Source: Carpediemonas membranifera BICM (lineage: Eukaryota > Protista > Fornicata). Taken from it: a stretch of 64,000 nucleotides of DNA. The translations under genes and the position numbers were made by a program. Within the stretch, counting starts at the first letter, position 1, and the number at the start of each line of letters is the position of its first letter. Positions 43,727-52,102 of the stretch are shown here, piece after piece. The notes below the pieces were generated by a model. It saw only the letters and a list, made by a program, of their open reading frames with translations. It ran no database searches and was not told the origin of the DNA. The stretch spans positions 1-64,000 of the forward strand of contig JAHDYR010000025.1 in the NCBI GenBank assembly GCA_019828565.1, written 5' to 3'.

Positions 43727-46468
43727 GTGATGACGAATTCTCTGATAACGTGGGTTCTCGGGAATCTTGTCGTCTCATTCCCGCCTGATACGACCGGTGA
43801 CCACATATGTTGCGCCATATACTCGCATCTCTTCTCCTCTCGTCTCCCAGGCTTCAATAAGAGAAAGATACACGAAGAAAACGTATTCCAGCACGCCATC
43901 CGGGAATTGGGCAGCATGAGGAACGATATAAGCCAATGTTTCACCAGCAACGTGAAGAACGATTGGAAGCGTGCAGTCCAAAGGATGACTTCTTCCAACC
44001 TTGTCACAGTTCATCCAGTCAACGACGAAGTTGAACGTTTGCGTGCCCGCGTTCAGGAGCTAGAGAAGCAATTGCGTGACACGACCTGCTTGCTGGACAT
44101 GATGAGCTCGCTGAACGCCATTCTGTCCGGCAAGAACAACGATACGGCATTCCACTCGATGTTCAACAGCTTTGCGAGTCGGCTGGGACTAGACACGATA
44201 GGAAGGACTCAGAAGCGCCGGGAGCCGATTGCCGGGCTGGACATGAGCATACTCAATATCCCAGGCCTTCGCGAGGCACTGTCGGAGGAGGAGGTGGCCG
44301 ATCTGTCTTGCTTCATTCCCGTGGAGTATGCCATCCAAGAGGCTGGCGTCACAGTCACAGCTGACAGCTCCAGGCTGACTGTCCCTATCGGTCAGACCGT
44401 CAATTTCATTGGTTCGCAGGAGCTCATTGACGCAACCGTGGAACGTCTGCAGCTCACCCCGACTGACACTGTCCGCTTTGGCCAGACAACCAAGCTACTA
44501 TATGCAGACGCGATAGATGCGAAACAGGCACGTGATACTGTCCGGGCCGACAGGATTCATAGACGGCAGGGACTTCGCTCTACAATTATTTCCCCCAACC
44601 CCTGGGATTTTGTTAGTTCGGTTTTCTTTGACTGTGAGGCCATATGCACCTCGGTCCTTCTTCGTCCGATGGCATTTGTTGCCGATAAGCCTGCTCGGAA
44701 GACATGTCTGGAGGTATGCGCAAAGGACGACGAAGTTGAGGCTGGCAGGGTCTTCAACCTTGAGTTGTGCCTGTGGGTTGACGGCTGGAAGCATGGAACT
44801 ACTGCAGTTAAGTTCAGGCTTGGTGACAAGGAGGGCATTGCCATTCCTGGGAAGTTGACCCGGGTCTTCACACTCTTGGAGTTCATCGGCCACGAGGACC
44901 AAATTCCATCTTTGTACCCCCGTATTGCTGCGGAGATCAGTAACTTGGTTAACCTCCACTTCTGTGTCCGGCAGACTGGCGCTATTGCCCAAATTTGCCG
45001 CGTCCATACCCTGGCCGACAACAAGGCTCTCCAAGTTCTGCTCGGAACCATGCGCGGCGGCAAGAACAGGTGTGTGTTTTCTGTTCTCAGTGATTCAGAG
45101 TTCATTTCCAACCCGTATGGATTCAGTACCATACGCGATCGTATCGCCGCTGCCAACCCACAGTACAAGGTCATCTCTGTGCAGTTATCCGACCTACTCC
45201 TCCGCCGACAGATGTACTACGCGGCACAAAAGCAAGAGATTGATCATCTGAGCAGTACACTGGGCCCAGGCAGACGAGTGAGGATCAAAGAGAAGGATCG
45301 GATCACCTTGGATCTTCAACACCGGTACGGTAAGTACAAGTGGGATGAGAATCAGTTCATCCCTCTGTTCCAGGACAGCCCTGCTCTTGCCGAGTTGACA
45401 ACAGTCGCCCCGCCGCTGATGCACACCAGCCATGAGCTCCTTGAGCAAGTCGCGTGTCTGGTTAAGATGTTTCCACAACCACCACGCAACCCAGAACTCT
45501 CTTTCTGGCGTCAGCAGAGCGGCAATACTGAGTTCGTCAGAACAGTTGGCTGCAACGAGCAAGAGAGAGCTCGTGCAAGACTGGCAGTCCTGGCTACCTC
45601 ACATATCACGTGTGTGCCAGAGTGTGTGAGAGAGCTTTTCCGTGTCATCGCTCACCTCCAGCATCTTTACTACTCGATGGAGGACCCGACCCCTGAGCTG
45701 ATCCGCTGGCATTGGGTCGCCGCCGCAGTCATACACGCGTTCCACACCGCAATGAGCATCTGCCCTGATGGCTCATACCGCACCAAGACCAAGAGTGCGG
45801 AAATGAAGAAGCCTTGTGTCATAACCCTTAAGATGCACGCTGCCGTTGCAGTCATTCCGTTGATCCATCAGGAGACTATGCTCCCTCTGACGTTCATGCT
45901 GGAGGAACATTTTGAGCGATCATTCCTGCCCAACATGGAGATGAAGCAACGCGCTCAGAGAGCTCGAATTCTGCATCTCGTCAGTCTGATGTCCCAGGCG
46001 AAGTACATCAAGCGTGCGTTGCTGAGGACTGAGTCCGCTGGCAGGAGACAGCACAGCATTCCGGCGCTGGGAACACTTGTTGCCATGCATGTACATGAGT
46101 GCGTGAAGAGTGCCCAGATGTGGAAGAAGGTGCGCGGAATGAGTGTGGATCCATTGGAGAACGCAGGTCTAGACCAGCTGAAACGTGATCTCACCACGTT
46201 CTGGCGAACATTCGACTCGAGAATGGCACAGGATGTGATGACATGCCAGGTAGTCTGGGACGATGGTATGCTGCACTGCCAGTTACCAAAGCGCACGGAA
46301 CCGCGTAATCCCGTGGAAATCACGGTATGTATATGCGAACATTTGGGAGCTGGTCACGATTCGTCTGATGACGAGGCTTATCGCCCAGGGAAGTCGAGGA
46401 AGAGTGCCAAGAAACGGAAACAGCCTACTATTCCGTCATTTGGTGGGTTCCAGCCAGACAATGAGTAA
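43727..46468 (+). CDS. DDE transposase of the CMC (CACTA/Mirage/Chapaev)-Transib-RAG1 group, 913 aa
   Basis: Ordered motifs LWVDG, LADNKAL..LLG......RC, PPLMH, TLKMH and LEEHFER; intact ORF located inside the TIRs. Confidence 0.75.
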   Translation: MMTNSLITWVLGNLVVSFPPDTTGDHICCAIYSHLFSSRLPGFNKRKIHEENVFQHAIRELGSMRNDISQCFTSNVKNDWKRAVQRMTSSNLVTVHPVNDEVERLRARVQELEKQLRDTTCLLDMMSSLNAILSGKNNDTAFHSMFNSFASRLGLDTIGRTQKRREPIAGLDMSILNIPGLREALSEEEVADLSCFIPVEYAIQEAGVTVTADSSRLTVPIGQTVNFIGSQELIDATVERLQLTPTDTVRFGQTTKLLYADAIDAKQARDTVRADRIHRRQGLRSTIISPNPWDFVSSVFFDCEAICTSVLLRPMAFVADKPARKTCLEVCAKDDEVEAGRVFNLELCLWVDGWKHGTTAVKFRLGDKEGIAIPGKLTRVFTLLEFIGHEDQIPSLYPRIAAEISNLVNLHFCVRQTGAIAQICRVHTLADNKALQVLLGTMRGGKNRCVFSVLSDSEFISNPYGFSTIRDRIAAANPQYKVISVQLSDLLLRRQMYYAAQKQEIDHLSSTLGPGRRVRIKEKDRITLDLQHRYGKYKWDENQFIPLFQDSPALAELTTVAPPLMHTSHELLEQVACLVKMFPQPPRNPELSFWRQQSGNTEFVRTVGCNEQERARARLAVLATSHITCVPECVRELFRVIAHLQHLYYSMEDPTPELIRWHWVAAAVIHAFHTAMSICPDGSYRTKTKSAEMKKPCVITLKMHAAVAVIPLIHQETMLPLTFMLEEHFERSFLPNMEMKQRAQRARILHLVSLMSQAKYIKRALLRTESAGRRQHSIPALGTLVAMHVHECVKSAQMWKKVRGMSVDPLENAGLDQLKRDLTTFWRTFDSRMAQDVMTCQVVWDDGMLHCQLPKRTEPRNPVEITVCICEHLGAGHDSSDDEAYRPGKSRKSAKKRKQPTIPSFGGFQPDNE

Positions 46469-46607
46469 GTTTGAAGAATATAAAGAAGGATTTATGGCGA
46501 GACACCCGTTTATGAATTTACTCGATTGTATGTAATATGATACAGTTCCACGCTTCAGCCGACGGAAGGCTCCTTTATCGGGACCTTTCGTAAATCCGAA
46601 GAAAGAA

Positions 46608-46898
46608 GTGCGCAATTCGGACAAGATGGATCAATATGAAGAAAGAAGTGATAGCTCAAAGCTGATCAGCCACAAACTGGCGTTTAACGTTTGTGATCGC
46701 GAGATTTCGGCCTGCATGCGCGTTGTTTCCAAGTGTTTGTCCATTCAAGATGTCGCTGCCGAGGTTAACCACATTAATGAGAATCTTTACCTCGATTCAC
46801 GCATACCGAAAGAGCTGAACGCAATTGTGCGTTCTTCTCGCATCATTGAAGAAGCTGTGATTGCATTCGCCACAAACAGCATAGTTCGCGGTCAGTAA
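46608..46898 (+). CDS. Small hypothetical protein
   Basis: 96 aa ORF downstream of the transposase; no motif. Confidence 0.3.
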   Translation: MRNSDKMDQYEERSDSSKLISHKLAFNVCDREISACMRVVSKCLSIQDVAAEVNHINENLYLDSRIPKELNAIVRSSRIIEEAVIAFATNSIVRGQ

Positions 46899-47501
46899 CC
46901 ACTGATGGCGCGAATCTTGATGCACATTGGCTTCTTAGTGCCTGCGTGGATGTTTGATGTTGTTTTCGTTTCTTTTCGCGAGGTTCGAAGACTCTTTGTA
47001 TTCATTTTCATCGTCTTTGGAAATAAATCGACTGAATCTTTCTCGAGTCATTCATTGAATTGCTTGGAATAGGTTTAATTTAAATGGAAATGGATGTGCT
47101 AGTCCTCCTCTACGCCTGAATGCGGACACGGCGCATACTGTCTTTTTCGAAATATCCAAAGTGAGTGCAAATAAAAATAAATAAAGTTGTACCCTCAGGA
47201 TACTTCTATAGTTAGGTACTACTCATGGGAGAAGTTTCCTCTCTTTCTGAACTTCCTACAGAGCAGCAGCCTCAATTCTCGCAAAAACCAGTGAATCTTT
47301 TTAATATCTCGCGATTGTACGTTGGAATATTCCCATAGATCTAGCTCGTGTCCTTATTTGCCTTGAACTAACCTTTACTAGATCTATAGAAATATTCCTA
47401 CGCTCAATCTTGAGATTGGAAGAAGATTTGGTCGAAAAATGGGCAAAAATGGGTACCATACCCACCTCTTGACCGAATTTTAATGAATTTTTTAAAGATA
47501 C

Positions 47502-47569
47502 TGGGTACCTTACCCATGGGTAAGGTACCCATTCGAGGTGGGTACCTCACCCCCCCCGGAGACAGTATG
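47502..47569 (-). repeat. Right TIR of the C element
   Basis: Exact reverse complement of 26436-26503. Confidence 0.95.
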
Positions 47570-47571
47570 CT

Positions 47572-48716
47572 ATGGCTAAGAGGATCGTTTCGGCTGTTCA
47601 GTCTTTCCGGAACTTCGACTTGCCACACCCCGCGAAGCCGTTGTCCTGGAAAGAGGAGAAAGAGGTGTCGCCTGCATCAGTTGAGAGTCTCCCCAGCCCG
47701 TATGGCGCCATTGCCATTCTGCTCAACCAGACGGGCTGGGAGTATTCGTATCTCCAAGGTAATCTCCCCGATGCGATAGACCTTACCTCGTGCCCGAGCT
47801 GGATGGGCTTTGGCACGCTCAAATCGGGATTCCCGCAGGCCAGTGCTGTATCGGAGGCGCTCAAGGTTCAGGGGTTGACGGTTCGCATGCTTCGCTTGTC
47901 GCAGCGGATCAACGTGTCCACCGATAGGATGCAGTCTATCGGCACGCTAGAGCGCCGCGGCAGACCGCGGGAGAAGCCTCAGAAGGTCATTAAGGACAAG
48001 CGCATCAGCCTGACCGATGAGCAGTTCAGGCATCAGTTGGCGTCCAGTCACTTAACGACCACGCGGCGCCCAACGATCCTCGATCTCAACCCGGAGATCC
48101 GAAGCTCTGCCGACCTGGTGCCGCCGACGCTCGATGACTGGCTTTACAAAAAGCTCAGGATGAGGATGGTCCAGCTCCACGACCAGCGTAAGCCCGAGGG
48201 GGCGACACGGGAGAGGGCGAGTCTGACGATGAGGCGCTGTTTGACGAGACAGCTGGCGAGGCAGAGATGCCGGAGACCGTGGTGGAGGGCGAGTTTGACG
48301 AGACAGCCGGGTTGGAGATGCTGGAAGGAGAGTGGGAGGATGAGGAGAGTTCAGACAGCGATGCCGAGGATAGCCTCGTCGATAACCTGTCATTTCTTCA
48401 GTCACAACAGGTTGAGTGTGATATGTCTGAGAGAGATACCGATGAGGGTGTCCGTAGCGGGGCCAATGGAAGTGGGCTCGCTCCGCTCTATGACGCTATG
48501 AAGACCAGGGAGCCCAGCAGACGCATTCGCCTTCGCCGCTATCACGAGAGCGAGTCAGACTTGGGTAGCAGCAGCGACAGCGAGGACGGGATGCCGAAGC
48601 TGCCCATTGAAGCCTTTGAGCACATCCGTGATGCCGGGATGACAACTGTGAGGCTGACGAGGGCCGAGTATGACGACCTGATGGAGAAGAGAGAGCAGGA
48701 AAAGCATCAGAAGTAA
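47572..48716 (+). pseudogene. 3' part of the interrupted YR-like gene
   Basis: Nearly identical to 39700-40834; frameshift in the G-run near 48197. Confidence 0.8.
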
Positions 48717-51018
48717 ATGAACGAAGTAAATATGTCGTGGGAATGACTCAAACACTGACTAAGCCATCGACTTGGCGCAGCTGACCAGACAGTCAGATAT
48801 ACATTCATTTATTCCTGTCTCGCTCTCTTGCCTGTCGGAGACCAGCGGATTGAGATCGAGCCATAAAGTGCACCAATAGTGGGAACCGACTTCCCACTAT
48901 TTTCTCAGTGCCAATGAGCTATAGAGCTTTATTGAGGATATAAGCTTGTATAATAACACATCAATAGCGTCTGACGGCCGCTATGGCCCATGATACTCAT
49001 TAACAACATCAAACGAGTCAAAGGAACCACGAAACCACACAAGGAACGAGCTAGAAGAAACAATAGGAACCTTAATTGCATAAACAACATCAATACTGCC
49101 ACCAACTGTCCATTGGATTCCAGAAATAGCCATTGTCTCTTCTGGAACGTCCGGGAGAGAGCACGGGGGAGAGAGGATATTGGGGCCCAGAAAACACCAG
49201 CACCACCGCAAGTAAGCTATTTTATTGCAAAATACTCTACTTGCGCTGGTACTTCAGCGTTTTCGCGGCCCTTTGCCCATCTTTCGTTGTCTGAATTTTT
49301 TCGTGCAGAATTCAGACGAGTGTCGCCTGGCAGAGGCTGAGCAGCGGAGCTTAGTCCCTGTGGCACCACTCGTCTGGCACAGCTCCCGGGTATGCTCCAG
49401 AAAATTCAGGTGCAGATTTGGGAGCAGAAATGTCGACGAACCCCGAAAACACCATAACCGGCACCAGTGAGCGCATCTTCGTTGATAAAGCTCATTGGTG
49501 CTGGTAATATGGCGTTTTCGGGGTTCAAATACTGTACTCCTCATCCCTGGCGCCCTCATCCTGGCGCCTCATCCCTGGCGCCCTCATCCTGGCGCATCAT
49601 CCCTGGCGCCCTCATCCTGGCGCCCTCAACAGCAAGTTCCATCATCCACATCACTCCCTAACAACATCAACGACTCGCCTACCACCGACAGCGATGGCGA
49701 AGTCTGCGTTGATGTCGCCAGTGCCAACCCAGCTGGCATACGCGTCGCAATGAATGTAAATGTTTACGTGTTCTCTTCGTCCCTTCTATCGTCCAGGATC
49801 TGCTTTCAGATGTCCATGAGCGATCATCCCTTATCCTGCGGAGCAGCCCAACATCAGCTCAAGCGGTTCTGAGCATGCGTACAATGCTTCTGGGGCATGC
49901 AGAGTGATCATGTAGGAGCTTTATCACGATTCCAGGCTAGTTAGTGAGGGAATTCGTCTGCAGTTCCCGGCAAATCTCATTATCTCCATTATTGCTGCAG
50001 TATTCAAAGTAAACGCGAACAACACGATCTATCTCCATTCATTGGCGCCTCGAGGAGCGCTTCAGTCCAGCTAGAGCGTGCTTCAGCAGCATTTCGATCG
50101 AGATTAAAAAACACCCGAATTCTAGCTCTGTTCTGTGGCCGCTGCAGGCACCGCTGGGCGCGATAGAGCTCGGAGCGGCGTTGTCTGCCAAAAAGACCTA
50201 TTTGCTCCCGGTAAAAATTTCTTCCTACAGGGAATATAGGCCATTTTGGAGGTATGAGCGACCGGGAGGGGGGAATGGGGGCATTTATGGTATGACTGGA
50301 CTCTACTCGTGCAGACTATTATAACGAGGCTCATATCAGACCTCTACGGCCGCTATACGAGGAGAAACGAGCCAGTAAGGGCACTAGCGGCCCATGGCCG
50401 CAGCAGCGCCCAGCCAAACTCAGCTATAGAGTCACCTGAGGCCCCAAATGACGTGCTGATCAGGTCGACTCCCATCTATTGACTTGGTAATTGCAGAGGG
50501 CGTCTGAACGCGATGTCCTAATAACCGACTTGGTCGGAGCGGTTCGGCGATGACTCCGTTGTATTCCACACCTTCTTCTGATGCCGAAACATGCAGTCCT
50601 TTATAGTCAACGCGCGTCCTGTCCGTCAGGCATGAAGGGCATTCAGCAGAGGCATTGCTGCGGTCTGCAGACCGCCCTAGCGCTTCAGGATGGCCAACTG
50701 CATGATCTGGACCCATGTCTATCAAATCCATTTTGATCACATCAAACATGTGTCAAATCCGGCAAATCGATTTTGCGATAAAAAAAGGGGCAGAGGGGAG
50801 GAAGCGACCCATAAGGCGTACTTATGGACCATTTCCTCCCCCCTGCCCGTTTTTTGAGTCTCAACTCTCAATTCCAATTTGTCCCTATGTTACTTTTTTC
50901 TAGCAGGATTTAAAGTTTGATACTGCGCATGCGTATTGCTTAGGTATAGCCAAGTACTACCATACCACTTTGAAGATCCAGCTCCGGCTCATCGTCGAGT
51001 TCATTTTTTCTTGCAAAA

Positions 51019-51092
51019 TGACTTAAAGTCAAGTTTTGTCCTTGACTTTAAGTCACAAAAACTTGACTTGAAGTCAAGGAATTGACAGTATG
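51019..51092 (-). repeat. TIR, B-type end
   Basis: Reverse complement of 9592-9665; ~47980-51092 is an inverted homologue of 9592-13115. Confidence 0.9.
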
Positions 51093-51128
51093 CTCTGTGC
51101 GAAGTAGTCTCTGCTCTCTGCGGCTAAG
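51093..51128 (-). pseudogene. 36 bp remnant of LINE family 1 ORF1 (LAAESRDYFAQ)
   Basis: Continues DAVNGLAAE from 59659 and leads to RLVDENEL at 5998. Confidence 0.8.
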
Positions 51129-52102
51129 AAAGAAAGAAAGAAAATTTATGGTGCCTGGTATCGGGCCCCGGTTACTTAGGCTGATCTCCCTTATTACTGG
51201 AGCCGAGTTCCCCGGGGCGCTGCCTCCTCCCTGCGATTGAACTTGTCAGCTGCGTCCAACGAGCGATTCGGTGCTACTGCTTCCGCTCACTCCCGATTTC
51301 ACTTCCCCCCATAGGCCTTCGCCATCTCCGTGCGCTGAGCGCTTTCCTGTCTCCCTGTAAACCCGGCAGCTTCCAGGGAGCCTGGGGGTCTGTCCTCGGT
51401 GCTTCCACAGGCAGGTTTGTCCTGCAAGACCTTCTCTATAGCACTCCCTGATTCCCTGCAGTCCCTACGGGGTCGTTCAAGCATGGCACCCTCTCCTCTT
51501 TCCAGATTCCCTGTTCAGTGCCCCCACGACCCTGTTAAGTGGCCTACCCGTGGGCGGGGAGAGCAACTAAGTCCCTCTCATCTACCCCCTGTTAGGCGGC
51601 GTGGGTTAGGGCTAACACAGACTCTAGATCTGCAAGGCCTAGTACCCCTTATGATAGTTCTCTTGTGCTACACTTCCCAGCGTCCCTCTATCGTTCACAA
51701 GGGCGGCGGGGACGTCATGTCCCCCCGTATCCCATGCTCAGTCCCTGCAGTTTCCTTAGGTTCACCGCGAGTGGTGCAACCATCCAATTGATGGATTTCC
51801 TCTGTCCCTGGCCCTGCCCTCTCCCTGGGAAACATGGGGGTCTCCCCTTGATCCCAGAGTCTATGCTTCCCTGCCCCCTTTCTGGATGTGGTGTTCCTTA
51901 TCTATCCATCTATTCTATAGCTATCATAGACCTTTGCCAGGGCTCTCAGCCCAGCTCGCAGTCCTTCCCATATCTCTTCCGACCCTGTTAACACTAGTTG
52001 TTGCACCTCTAAGATTGGCCTCTTCTCATACCACCTCCCATTCGGGCCTCTTCTGACTTGCAATTCCCTGGTCCTCTCCTTAGCTGTCTTCCATATCTTT
52101 TC

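Larger units (their letters stand above)
26436..47569. mobile_element. 21,134 bp cargo-carrying TIR DNA transposon ('C element') with its own DDE transposase
   Basis: Perfect 68 bp TIRs and a CT 2 bp TSD; removing the element restores ...ATKTPA-MAKRIVSAV, which aligns without gaps to AEKPLGTQKKIVSAV. Confidence 0.9.
5999..51092. mobile_element. 45.1 kb composite TIR DNA-transposon insertion ('A/B element') with nested elements
   Basis: 74 bp TIRs with 1 mismatch at 5999-6072 and 51019-51092. The flanks rejoin to the in-frame LINE ORF1 sequence ...YFAQR-LVDENEL (paralogue FFRMRLVDDSEL) with a 1 bp overlap. Confidence 0.8.

Noticed and set aside
47134-47569. Possible MITE between an internal CATACTGTC and the right TIR (another CATACTGTC at 42350)
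   Set aside because: Only 9 bp match and there is no TSD; a chance 9-mer is plausible in 64 kb, and the 42350 hit lies inside an intact ORF.
26436-47569. Endogenous virus, Polinton or virophage interpretation
   Set aside because: No DNA polymerase, capsid, packaging ATPase or retroviral-type integrase was recognised; the 2 bp TSD and DDE enzyme fit a cut-and-paste transposon.
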